The translations under genes were made by a program, and so were the position numbers. A stretch of DNA of 64,000 bases from Octopus vulgaris. Lineage: Eukaryota. Positions 26,454 to 37,972 of the stretch are shown one piece after another. Under the pieces are notes generated by a model. The model searched no databases. It had not been told where the DNA came from and worked only from the letters and a program-made list of their open reading frames with translations. The stretch is taken from NCBI GenBank assembly GCA_951406725.2, contig OX597815.1, forward strand, positions 197,284,001 to 197,348,000, read 5' to 3'. The stretch's first letter is position 1, and each line of letters starts with the position of its first letter.

Positions 26454-27010
26454 GAAATGAGGTAATCAGAAGATCGGATGTTCATATTTACAGATATTTA
26501 TTTATATATTACATTTTTTACATATATATATATCATATCATTGAGATCATATCGTTCAGATCATTAGCGCTTTCTCCCATTCTAGTGGGGTTTTCAAATC
26601 AAAATAATTCCTTTGTGGGGAATTTTAATCATTGTATAGAGTTTCGTAGTGGTGGAGAGGAACAAGACAGCACAAGAGGGTGAAGTGGATGCGGAGGAAG
26701 TGAGAGTGAGAACATGTGTGTATCCATATAACATCGCCATACACACATGTTCTCACTCTCACTTCCTCCTCATCCACTTCACCCTCTTGTGCTGTCTTGT
26801 TCCTCCCCACCACTACGAAACTCTATAAAATGATTAACAAAGGAATTATTTTGATTTGAAAACCCCACTAGAATGGGAGAAAGCGCTAATGATCTGAATG
26901 ATATGATCTGAATGATATGATATATATATGTAAAAAATGTAATATATAAATAAATATCTGTAAATATGAACCATCCGATCTTCTGATTACCTCATTTCTT
27001 CTAATATATA
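26442..27010. repeat. Long near-perfect palindrome (arms about 270-280 bp, 15-nt spacer)
   Basis: Left arm 26442-26723 and right arm 26739-27010 are reverse complements with few mismatches, one roughly 10-nt indel and a few 1-2-nt indels. Confidence 0.95.
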
Positions 27011-27054
27011 ATACCTGTACATCATCTCCAAACCTTCCAAGTAGATGAAACTTT

Positions 27055-27275
27055 AGCGACTGAAGAAGGGGATTTTTCGTTGTGCTTATTGTCCTGTATC
27101 TCTCTCTCTTTTTTTTGCCTGTCTTGTTCCTTGGTTTGTGTCTATGTTTTTCGTCTCTCTATGTGTTCGACGTCTTTTTGGTGTCCTGTACACATATATG
27201 CGTGTATATGTACATGTAGAGGTAGGTACGTACATATATGTTTATATATATGCATGTATTTTATTAACATATATA
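27055..27275 (+). repeat. Diverged copy of the repeat family at 28600-28830
   Basis: ctgaagaaggggatt...ggtgtcctgtacacatatatg...gtaggtacgtacatatatg aligns with the reverse complement of 28610-28820. Confidence 0.65.
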
Positions 27276-27377
27276 TAGATATAGATATATTGTAAGCAAC
27301 CAGTGTATACCATATGATTTGTTAAATGGTCTATTTTTCTATCTATCTATATACAAATATATATATTTTTGTATGTG

Positions 27378-27425
<48 letters not shown>

Positions 27426-27442
27426 TATAAATATGAATATAA

Positions 27443-27498
<56 letters not shown>

Positions 27499-28411
27499 CG
27501 TTAAACAACCACTGTTACTTTGGTTACCGTCTCCATAACTTAACGGTTCAGCAAAGACACTGACAGATTGCGCACCAGCTTTACTCAAATTAAAAGCAGT
27601 AGGGGCGATTGCGCAACCAAGCCATTCAAGATCGTGTTCCAGTATGTCCGCTTCCTAACGACTGAGGCAAGTAAAAAATAAAAGAATATATACAACTTCT
27701 TCGCGGCTATCTGAGATAGAGCGTAGGTGAAATGTCACCGAAATTGTTCTTTTGTTTTCCAACTATATCATGTTCATGAAATCATAGTCACCTTCTTATA
27801 AAAGAATGTGATACATTACATACTGATGTTCAAATGCCTTAAGTATTACGAGGTAGAGTGGTTGGTCATAGCTGGTATGACAAGGGAATGTAGTCTACTG
27901 AATTGAGTTCAAACTTGAGCTGCAGAGCAACCACACCATCTCACATATCCAAGCCATTAATTTCACTTCATTCTGGCGTTGAACATCCAGAAGGAATGTC
28001 AACTAAGAACCTATCGTATGATAGTAATGGTATCTTACGCAACATCATTTTCTGAAACTTCCTCAAGTAGGTTATCAGAAAACTTTAGACGTATACATGA
28101 TATGTATGGTGCATATTTCTAATATAACGATGTGATGCATACAAATATAACAAAAAAAAAAAAAACATACAAAAAGATAATAGTGTAACGTTTGAGATGT
28201 TCGAAGTGCATTTGTAGAAAGATAGGAAAACACAAAGGCTGTCAATACTTCACACTCAAATGATCACCTTGTGCAAATACATAAATATACATATATAGCT
28301 ATAATTAAATATATAGACGAATGGAAAGATAAGTACATATATACGTATGTATATATGAGAGTGAGTCGTACGTATGCGCGTGTAAATATACGTATGTAAT
28401 CATACATCAGC

Positions 28412-28458
<47 letters not shown>

Positions 28459-28594
28459 ATAATAATAATAATAATAATAACAATAATAATAATAATAATA
28501 ATGATAATAATAATAAAATGTATATATTATTTTTATTTCATCTAGTTTCAGCTCACGAGCTGTGCGCCATGCTGGGGCACCATATATATATATA

Positions 28595-28908
28595 TAACAA
28601 TTTAACAAATAAAACATATGCAGACATACATATATGTACATACCTACATCTATATGTATATATACATGAATATATATATGAATACAGGACACCACAAATA
28701 AACGTAGAACACAACGAGAAACGAAAACATAAAATCAAACAAGGAAACGGCCTTTTTTTACAAGGAAAAAACAGGGTACAAGACAAACAATACAAGGAAT
28801 ATTCCCCTTCATCAGCTGCCCCTGGTTCGACTCAATGCGTGTTTCGAAGGTTTTTTTTTAATGTTTACGTTTCTCGTTGTGTTCTACGTTTATTTGTGGT
28901 GTCCTGTA

Positions 28909-28968
<60 letters not shown>

Positions 28969-29292
28969 TGTATATATACATATAGATGTAGGTATGTACA
29001 TATATGTATGTATGTATGTATTTTTTATATTTTTTTTTTTTGTACTTGTTTCAGTCATTTGACTGCGGCCATGCTGGACCACCGCCTTTAGAGTGGTGAA
29101 AGAGTAGAGCAGGGATCACCACCTCCTGCCGGAGCCTCGTGGAGCTTTGAGGTGTTTTTTCGCTCAATAAACACACACAACGCCTTGTCTGGGAATCGAA
29201 ACCGCGATCCTCCGACCGCAAGTCCGCTGCCCTAACCACTAGGCCATTGCGCCTCCACATGTATGCATATGTTTTATTTGTTAAATTGTTAT
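28595..29292. repeat. Inverted-repeat element, right arm interrupted by a SINE
   Basis: 28595-28730 is the reverse complement of 28861-29010 plus 29262-29292. Confidence 0.8.
29042..29258 (-). mobile_element. Family D SINE: tRNA head joined to the family A 3' tail
   Basis: Minus: GGAGGCGCAATGGCCTAGTGGTTAGG...GGTTTCGATTCCC head; tail GGCGGTGGTCCAGCATGGCCGCAGTCAAATGACTGAAACAAGTA plus A-rich run. Confidence 0.85.
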
Positions 29293-29334
29293 TATATGTC
29301 TGAGCGCCTCGCGTCGTTTCTTATCCTCCGAGTA

Positions 29335-29428
<94 letters not shown>

Positions 29429-30389
29429 TGTACACATATTATCTACTTGAATGATTGATTTTATAAGCAAACGTATGCATATATGTGTGCGTGATTATTT
29501 CTGTTATATTGGCCTGTAAATAGAAAAAATCTTTCAGTCAATCAACTATATATTCGTAATGCACAAAAATATTGTTGAAATGCCAAGGACAAACCTTTTT
29601 ATGCTTGCACCCAGTAAACTTGATATGTGAAAAGCTTATGACATCTTACAAAGCAGCCGCTTGATGCATTTGCGTATGCCACCATATACGAATTTGATGA
29701 CTATATGGGCCATTACTTGAGACATTTCCACCTCGTACGTAATGGATATGCCTGCATATATCACGTGTGTTTGTGTATAAAGAGAGAGGGAGAGGGGGAT
29801 AAAATGACACCTGAAACATGAATATAAAGTGTTTTCGCTTTGTAATCATCAAAGGTATCAAAGCGTTCCAATTGTCAGGAGTTTCGTACTTAAATAACTG
29901 CTTCATAGTGTTTCTTCATATAACACTGTCTTTATATAAGTTGTCACATCTCTGGATTGTTTCATAAATATATCAAATGGGCAGTATAGTTTCCAAATTG
30001 TCCCGTTAAGGACTTATAACTGTATAAATGAAATGTAAACAAATAATCATTAAAATACATGCAAAGAAACCACAGACGCACATACATGTATACACATACG
30101 TACTACAGACATCCCCATATATATAAACACATATTGATATAAGTCATATGCGAACAGAAATAAAATGGCAAGGAAACTTTCTAGCGAATAGGCACTCATA
30201 TTTTCCACGCCCCCATAAAGTTAATAAGCAAATAATGATAAAATAAAACATATTTGCATAAGAACAGGTGTGTATAAACATGTATATACATATGAAAATA
30301 CGGATATAAGTTATATTTCTTACATGGTCAATCATATACTAATATATACAGACATGAATATATGTGTGTGTGTGTGTGTGTGTAAATGT

Positions 30390-30448
30390 GTATATCTATC
30401 TATATATTCATCTATCAATCAATCAATCTATCTATATCTATCTGTCTG

Positions 30449-30499
<51 letters not shown>

Positions 30500-30506
30500 A
30501 TCTTTG

Positions 30507-30541
<35 letters not shown>

Positions 30542-30549
30542 ATATCTAT

Positions 30550-30581
<32 letters not shown>

Positions 30582-30585
30582 ATAC
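30390..30585. repeat. (TATC)n microsatellite
   Basis: Imperfect tandem TATC, directly visible. Confidence 0.95.
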
Positions 30586-30644
30586 ATAACTCTTTATATA
30601 CATATATATGTATATATACTTATATACATATACATTTGCACTTG

Positions 30645-30827
30645 TACACATGTTCCTTTTTTCTCTCCTGTTTCCTCTCCATGTTTCTCTCCTTTTTTTT
30701 CTGTGTCCCTTTCTGTAGAATAGCGTAGGCTGGAAACGTAAAAGACTTTTTCTATTCTTGAGCGTTATACTAATACATCTGTTTTGTACACCATCTGTCT
30801 TCGTCTTTTGTTTTTTTCTTAAACTCT

Positions 30828-30830
<3 letters not shown>
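30645..30830 (+). mobile_element. Second copy of the 10050-10238 hammerhead-like repeat
   Basis: cttt-CTGTAGAA-tagc-gtag-gctg-GAAA-cg-TA-aaag at 30709-30744; ends at (TA)n. Confidence 0.65.
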
Positions 30831-30880
<50 letters not shown>

Positions 30881-30881
<1 letters not shown>

Positions 30882-31096
30882 AATAATTACTAAAGGGTTC
30901 TTATTGGAAGCACTGAAGATTTGCTTTACCACATACCTAAATCTGATTTTTTTCCTTAAAGTTTAGAAATAGCAGCCAAAAACCTTAGCTATTTCTTCTA
31001 CTTTAAAAAGGGACGAAGAAATAGCTAAGGTTTTTGGCTGCTATTTCTAAACTTCGGCATGTGGTAAAGCAAATCTTTGCTGAACCCTAATTATTA
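30881..31096. repeat. Nested fold-back (hairpin) element
   Basis: Inner perfect arms of about 40 bp (30959-30998 / 31015-31053); outer arms 30916-30937 / 31055-31076; terminal taataatta / taattatta. Confidence 0.85.
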
Positions 31097-31339
31097 AGTA
31101 TTACTTAAGTTTACCGTGAAATGGTCCTTTTTCATGCCGAACTCTACTTGGTGAAATTATTGATTACTTCTTAATTAATTAATTTTACCCTTTGATATTA
31201 TTTATATATATACACCTAAATATACATACATGTATTCACAGATATATCTACTTATGTGCGTATAGATACACATAGACGTACATACATATGCGCATATGAA
31301 AACCATTACATTCTTCTGAATTACTAACACATCTATAGG

Positions 31340-31545
31340 CATCTGTATTTGTCGCTTCAACATCACTTGACAACCGATACTGGTGTGTATTTACGTCCCC
31401 GTAACTTAGCGGTTCGGCAAAAGAGAACCTATGGAATAACAACTAGGCTTACAAAGTCCTGGGGGCGATTTGCTCGACTAAAGGCGGTGTTCCAGCATGG
31501 CCACAGTCAAGTGGCTGAAATAAGTAAAAGAGTGAAAGGGTAAAA
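31340..31545 (+). mobile_element. Family A SINE, 3' half
   Basis: cttgacaaccgatactggtgtg...ttccagcatggccacagtcaagtggctgaaataagtaaaagag. Confidence 0.8.
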
Positions 31546-31988
31546 GAGAGAAAAAAGGCAGTGTTAGTTGGTGGTCAAGATATTATGAGGGGATGGTAGA
31601 GGAGCAGGGGAAGGGTAAGAAGGGATAAGAATGTAAGGAATGAGTATGTGTGAGGAGCGGGGGTGGGGGGTGGGGTGAGGTGATATATTTGAAAGGCACG
31701 AAGTGTAGGGAGTAGGTACAAAAAAAGGTACAGCGTGGGATACTAAAGAGAGTAGTAAACCACAAAAAGGGATGAAACAATAATACGATATAATGGTTAA
31801 GTTTCTAAAAATAGAGGGTGGTGTTTATTGTACTGGCTAATGTGATCGTGGAGACTGAAGAATCAGGGAGAGAAAGAAAGAAGTGTATATTGATATCCGC
31901 ATGCACGTACACACATGTATATACGTGTGTATATAAACAATTATATAGGCCCGCGTACTTTTGTACTTAAACCCATACGCATATATAC

Positions 31989-32025
<37 letters not shown>

Positions 32026-32186
32026 TAAATTAGAGAAAAAACCACTATCAGGCAAATAAAACAATGAAAAACTTAAGCCAGTACATAATATTATTTAATT
32101 TATATTATTTAAATATATAACGAAATTATTAAAAAAATATAATTAATATCACACTACGATCGATTCATGCTTATAATTAATATCAT

Positions 32187-32445
32187 ATTTGAGTACTCTT
32201 TTTTTCCACCTTGTTTCACATTTATGTGTTTACTCCGGTAAATGTGAAACAAGATGGAAAAAAAGAGTACTCAAATACCAGTGGTAGAGTAATATGCTTT
32301 ATTTAAAGCAGCAGAAAAATTCAACAAAATCTGTTACTCTGAGTTTCTCGTTGCCGTTCATCAAAAACTGTCTGATGAACGGCAACGAGAAACTCAGAGT
32401 AACAGATTTGGTTGAATTTTCTGCTGCTTTAAATAAAGTATATAT
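32187..32445. repeat. Two adjacent fold-back hairpins, the second containing a hammerhead motif
   Basis: Arms 32187-32225 / 32240-32278 and about 32293-32363 / 32373-32443. Confidence 0.9.
32368..32405 (+). ncRNA. Minimal type-I hammerhead ribozyme motif
   Basis: ctgt-CTGATGA-a-cg-GCAA-cg-a-GAAA-ct-cag-ag-TA-acag; intact core, GNRA-capped short stem II, 3-bp stem III, GUA cleavage triplet. Confidence 0.7.
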
Positions 32446-32461
32446 ATATATATATATATAT

Positions 32462-35400
32462 ATAACTTAGATAAACTTAGATATGTTTCGACCAGAGATT
32501 GGTCCAGGCCATGTCTAACTTAATAGCACCACCTGATAGGATTATTCGAATCCTGTTTAAGTCAAGTTTTGTTCAAGTAGTGAATTCTTGTTGGGTGAGT
32601 TGTATCCAGTTTTGTTCAAGTAGTGAGTTCTTGTTGGGTGAGTTGTATCCAATTATGGGTGGCTTATCTGGTTTTCTTTGAAGGAATCTATCCAGACTCT
32701 GTTTAAAGTTGATGGGATCCTTTTCCTCTTTGATCTCCTCGGGACAATGTTAAATAGGGCAGGGCCTGTTGAGGAAAAGAAATTATGTTGCAGTGTACAT
32801 GTATGTTGTGATCTTGAATTTGGCAGGGGACGTATAGCCCGTGGTCCAAGTCTTGGATGGACCTTGAAGCTAATGTTTAGGTCGTTTGGGCAAAGTTGGC
32901 GGTATATTTTCCACATCGTACAAATGATGTACCGCTCACGGCGACGCTGGGGGAGTAAAGTTTCAAGGCTTTAAGGCAATCCCAATAATCGAGAGCAGCC
33001 ATGCCTTCAATTTGTTTAGTGAGAGCCCTCTGGGGTGACTCAATTCTGGAGATGTTTTGTCTTGTGTGAGGAGACCACAGTGGGCAGCAGTATTCAAGGT
33101 GTGGCCGTACAAAGGAGGAAAAAAGTGGTATGATGACACCTTGTTCTCTGGACCGGAAAGTTCTTAAGATCCAGGAACTCATCCTACGAGCTATATCAAC
33201 CTTCTTGTTGATGTGTGCACTCCAACTGAGATCGTCATCAACAATTACACCCAGGTCTCTGATATTGTTAGAGGCTGTGAGCGGTTCCCCTGAAGGAAGA
33301 GAGTATGGTTGTTTTAGTGAGGAATTTCTTCCAAAATGCATCAGCTCAAATTTTCCCTCATTCAGTTGCATTTTGTTTCTGTCTGCCCATTGACTCACAG
33401 CATATAGATCAGACTGGAGTTGAGTTCGGTCTGCTTCTTCATTGACGATTTGCTGGAGCTTAGTGTCATCAGCGAATATTTTCACTTTGCAGTGATGTAC
33501 GACACTGGAAAGGTCGTTTACGTAAATTATGAAGAGTAGCGGACCCAAAACAGTTCCCTGGGGAACACCGCTGGTGACTTTTGCTGGGTTTGAGTGGACT
33601 CCATCAACTACAACATGTTGTGTTCTATTCGCTAGGAAATACTGAATCCAGTGTAGAACTTTTCCACGGATTCCAACATTTGCCAATTTCGAGAGTAGGA
33701 TGTTATGGTCTACCCTGTCGAACGCTTTACTGAAGTCAAGATATATGACGTCAGAGTTCGAACCTGTTCCCAAGGCTTTGAGTACATCTTCAATGTGGTG
33801 TAAGAGCTGTGTTAGACAGTCCCTGCCACAGCGAAAGCCATGCTGATTTGAATTTAGGAGTTTGTGGGTCTCCAGGAAGTCAGCTATCCTTGATCTTAAC
33901 ACTCTTTCAAACACTCTAATGATGTGGGAGGTGAGTGAGATTGGGCGATAGTTGACTGCGAGGGATCTGTTTCCCTGTTTGAAAACTGGGATGACCGACT
34001 GGGATAGAAACTGTTTCGGTATATAACCTGCGTCTAACGAGTTTCTCCAGAGGTTGGTCAGTGGGACTGCAAGTTGATATCTACATTCCTTCAGGAGACT
34101 AGCGGGAAATCTATCAGGGCCTACAGCAGAGTAATGTTTGACCTCATTTATTGCTGCTACGATGTCGGTGGCAGTGAAGGTTATGTCTGCGATTTTGTGT
34201 TGGGAGTCAACTTCGTTCGTTTCCCTCACGTCAATATCAGTGGGAACACTGAAGACAGAGCAGTATTGTTTCTGCAGTATTTCTGCCATTTCTTTAGCAT
34301 CATGTTGGGGAATGCCGTTATCATCAATCAATGGCCCAATGGGTGAGACAGTGGTTCTATGCTTATTTGCATAAGAATAGAACACTTTTGGGTTCTGTTT
34401 GATGTTTTTGATTACCCATTGTTCCTCCACAGCTCTTTGATTTTCAATGGAGGTTTTCATGTTAGTCTGCAGATGACGTTTTTCCAGCTCTAGGCTTTTC
34501 ATTGTTGTTGAATGTGGATGTTGTGTGTGGGAATATTTTAATTGGTTGATTTTTTTGTTGAGTCTTTTGATGCGCCTGATGAGTGTTTTTTTCTTTTTAG
34601 GGAGCCGGTTTCTGTTTGTGTTAGTAGATTTCTTGGGAGCGTGTTTAGAGCATGTATAGGTGACAACGTTTTCAAAGTGCTGCCACGCGGTCTCAATATG
34701 AGGGGAATTGAGAGTAAAAGACCAGTCGATGGAAGACAGATCCTTTCTGATTGTTCCCCAGACCGCTTTGTGGAAGTTTATGTTGTCAAATGGGTGCCAT
34801 GGAGTGGGATTGGCTGGTTTGGTTTTTATATGTCGGGAATTAAGATTGCAGTGTACCATGTCGTGGTCTGAGAGGAGAGTTTTTTCGACTGAAATGCTGT
34901 GAACGTAGCTAGAGTGATTGGTCAATACCTGATCCAAGATCGTTTTATTCTGTCTCGTTGGTTCAAGCACTAGCTGAGTCAGGAAATACTCATCCATCAG
35001 ATTAAAGAGCAGTTCTGCTGCTGCCCTATCTGATGTAGAGCACTTGCCTAACTTCGGAGTATTTGTGGGCCAGTTCACATGAGGGAGGTTAAAATCACCC
35101 ATCACTAGTATGTTTCCGGAGTGGTACTTCCGAAGGAAGGACTTGACTTTGCTAAGGCACTCTTCAAAGTACTTTAGAGGTGCCTGGGGAGGCCTGTAAA
35201 GACCAACAATGGTTATGTCCTTGGCTTTGTTGTATAGTGATACCGATTCACAGTAGCCATTGGAAAATGTGTCCTTGGCATCAAGTGAAAAGGAGTCATG
35301 GATAAAGATGGCTGTCCCTCCCTTATTTCGGTCTGTGCGATCCGCACGAACAATGGTGAAATCTTTTATTTTCACCTCTGCGTCCATATGGGTGTTGTTC

Positions 35401-35463
35401 AGGTGAGTCTCGGTAAGGATAAAGAAAGGGAAGCAATGTGCCATTTCGGCAAGCCAACTCTCT
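32462..35463 (-). mobile_element. CR1-clade LINE, 5'-truncated at the start of the endonuclease
   Basis: APE+RT ORF, frameshifted C-terminus, 43-bp tandem duplication at 32565-32650, short 3' UTR ending ATCTAAGTTTATCTAAGTT at a (TA)n tract. Confidence 0.9.
32877..35444 (-). CDS. LINE ORF2: AP endonuclease and reverse transcriptase (855 aa, C-terminus frameshifted)
   Basis: APE motifs TETHL, LYRPP, GDFN, SDH; RT motifs NYRPISL, QHGFR, DFSKAFD, GVPQGTVLGP, FADD; frameshift near 32950, continued by the 32653-32916 ORF. Confidence 0.9.
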   Translation of the reverse strand: MAHCFPFFILTETHLNNTHMDAEVKIKDFTIVRADRTDRNKGGTAIFIHDSFSLDAKDTFSNGYCESVSLYNKAKDITIVGLYRPPQAPLKYFEECLSKVKSFLRKYHSGNILVMGDFNLPHVNWPTNTPKLGKCSTSDRAAAELLFNLMDEYFLTQLVLEPTRQNKTILDQVLTNHSSYVHSISVEKTLLSDHDMVHCNLNSRHIKTKPANPTPWHPFDNINFHKAVWGTIRKDLSSIDWSFTLNSPHIETAWQHFENVVTYTCSKHAPKKSTNTNRNRLPKKKKTLIRRIKRLNKKINQLKYSHTQHPHSTTMKSLELEKRHLQTNMKTSIENQRAVEEQWVIKNIKQNPKVFYSYANKHRTTVSPIGPLIDDNGIPQHDAKEMAEILQKQYCSVFSVPTDIDVRETNEVDSQHKIADITFTATDIVAAINEVKHYSAVGPDRFPASLLKECRYQLAVPLTNLWRNSLDAGYIPKQFLSQSVIPVFKQGNRSLAVNYRPISLTSHIIRVFERVLRSRIADFLETHKLLNSNQHGFRCGRDCLTQLLHHIEDVLKALGTGSNSDVIYLDFSKAFDRVDHNILLSKLANVGIRGKVLHWIQYFLANRTQHVVVDGVHSNPAKVTSGVPQGTVLGPLLFIIYVNDLSSVVHHCKVKIFADDTKLQQIVNEEADRTQLQSDLYAVSQWADRNKMQLNEGKFELMHFGRNSSLKQPYSLPSGEPLTASNNIRDLGVIVDDDLSWSAHINKKVDIARRMSSWILRTFRSREQGVIIPLFSSFVRPHLEYCCPLWSPHTRQNISRIESPQRALTKQIEGMAALDYWDCLKALKLYSPSVAVSGTSFVRCGKYTANFAQTT

Positions 35464-35619
35464 ATTATTATATTAAATTAGAGACAAAACCACTTTTAGG
35501 CAAATCAAACAATGAAAGACTTAAGCCAATACATAAATTAATTTATATTATTTAAGTATGTAACAATTATTAAAAAATATAATTAATATCCACTACGATC
35601 GTTTCCTGGCTACTGTCAT

Positions 35620-35671
<52 letters not shown>

Positions 35672-36090
35672 CACTCACATCTATAGATATATGCATACAC
35701 ATACACGCATACATATGCATACGTACACACACATAAATATACATACATCCACACACATGCACGCATATTTATATGCATGTCCATATATGTATTATCAAGG
35801 GGCATGCGTGCATGTGACCGCTGCTGCGCACGTTCGTGTACGTTTGTGCAGGTATTGTTTTAAGACGATAGCAAAGGAAAGCCCCATTCTTTCAGGTTAG
35901 GAATACAAATATGCAAAAATAACTTCAATGAGATACGTATGAAGAAAGTCATGAGGAAAATCCATTTTGAAATGTAAGAAATAACAAAATATACATGAAA
36001 ACAATATATCTGTTACTCTTTTACTATTTTGCTTGTTTCAGTCATTTGACCGCGGACATGCTGGAGCACTACCGTTAGTCGAACTATCGA

Positions 36091-37711
36091 TTGAGGACCC
36101 TTATCAACAGAGTCAATTATTTGCCGAGGCTTTTTCAACTATTTTCAAACAAGATGATGGTCGTGAACCCCCTCCATTTGATAGATCGGTACCTCCAATG
36201 CTTCGATTGGTCATCACGCGGGACGAAGTCAAACGTGTTATTCAAGGCCTCGATGTCAACAAGGGTCACGGCCCTGACGGCATACACCCACGGGTTATCA
36301 AAGCGTTGGCTTCGGTCATCTGCGAGCCCTTAACACGACTATTCAATATGTCATTGGCGACGGGTGTTATACCTGCAGACTGGAGAACAGCGATAATCTG
36401 CCCAATTTTCAAGAAAGGGAGCCGCGAAAACCCGCTTAACTACCGACCGGTTTCCCTTACATCAATAATCAGCAAGATGTTCGAAACCATCCTTAAGAAA
36501 AGTATGATGCTCCACCTCCTAAACACACCCTCTATCTCTGATTCCCAACATGGCTTCGTGCCGAAGAGATCATGCTTGACCAACTTACTAGTAATGGAAG
36601 AATTGGTGACGCGCATCCTCGATGATAGTGATGCTGTTGACATCGTTTTATTGGACTTTGCCAAAGCTTTTGACTCGGTAAACCACCGCCTATTACTTGT
36701 CAAGCTTCAAGCATATAGTTTCCATCCGGATATTATACGATGGGTTGGTGCCTTCCTCTCAGATCGCTCCTTCCAAGTCCAAGTTAATGGTTCGCGGTCC
36801 GACGTCTCCAGTGCGAGCAGTGGCGTGCATCAAGGTTCAGTGCTTGGACCCTTGTTGTTCTTAGTCTTCATAAATGACTTGCCCGACGACCTCACGCAAC
36901 ACACCCTTCTATTTGCCGACGATATCAAACTGGTCGCTCCTCGCGGTAATATAGAGGATCTTCGTCGATGCCTCCACCAAATTTGGAAGTGGTCTAACTA
37001 TTGGGACCTGTGTCTGAACGTGTCAAAGTGCTGTCATCTGCCTGTCGGCTCTACTCCTGCAACTCAACTTGATTTCGAGCCGGGTCGTCTGCTGCTGGAG
37101 AGGACCGATCAGGTAAAGGACCTGGGTATCTTGGTGGATTCCTCCTTTTCGCCTTCGGCCCAGTGCGTCCAAGCTGCCAACAAAGCACGCGGAATTCTGT
37201 TCTTGATTCGACGGTCATTCGGAATGCTCACAGCAGCCATATTCCTACCACTCTATGTCACGCTGGTGAGACCCATATTGGAGTATGGGATTCAGGCCTC
37301 TTCTCCTTATCTCCTCAAAGACATACAGCATCTCGAAAGAGTCCAGAGGCTGGCTACCCGCATGGTTCATGGTCTCAAAAATTTGTCCTACGAAGAAAGG
37401 CTGAGGACGCTCGACCTTTATTCTCTTGAAAAACGCCGCCGCCGTGGTGATCTCATTCTCGCCCACAACATTATTAGCGGAAAGTGTAACCTCTCGAAAG
37501 AGCTGTTCTTCACTCCTGCTCCAGAGCGTCGGCTGCGGGGTCATTCCGAAAAGCTCTACCTGTGACGATTTCATCTCAATCGAAGGAGAGGAGCTTTCTC
37601 CGTCCCGGTTGCGGATCCGTGGAACAAGCTGCCAGACGAGATGGTGAAGATGCCGACGACTGCTTTGTTCAAAGCCTCCCTGGACCTCAAGTGGCCTGAA
37701 CTCTTTACATG
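36091..37711 (+). pseudogene. Reverse transcriptase ORF2 remnant with one premature stop
   Basis: The 510-aa ORF stops at TGA 37563-37565, then continues in frame as RFHLNRRRGAFSVPVADPWNKLPDEMVKMPTTALFKASLDLKWPELFT. Confidence 0.85.
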
Positions 37712-37803
37712 AACACCACCCTGTACTTAACTCCATGTCCCCCTACATGGCCTTGCTATTTGCTTTTGAGCCAAATTAACTAACTAACTAACTAACTAAC
37801 TAA
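36091..37803 (+). mobile_element. CR1-clade LINE, 5'-truncated (RT only), (TAAC)n tail
   Basis: RT motifs NYRPVSL, QHGF, DFAKAFD, QGSVLGP, FADD, and CR1 C-terminus RGH...WNKLP...FKASLD; tail (TAAC)n at 37777-37803; ATCGA duplicated at 36086-36090 and 37804-37808. Confidence 0.9.
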
Positions 37804-37925
37804 ATCGACCCCAGGACTTATTCTTTGTCAGCCTAGTACTTATTCTATCGGTCTCTTTTCGCGAACCGCTAATGTTACGCGGACATAAACACGCTAGCAT
37901 CGGTTGTCAAGCGATGTTGGTGGGA

Positions 37926-37972
<47 letters not shown>

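Noticed and set aside
31659-31680. Potential G-quadruplex
   Set aside because: Only three long G-runs plus a GG, in low-complexity purine-rich sequence; no functional evidence.
33130-35555. Short + strand ORFs over the LINE, and - strand ORFs over 36440-37736
   Set aside because: Antisense shadows of the RT reading frames.
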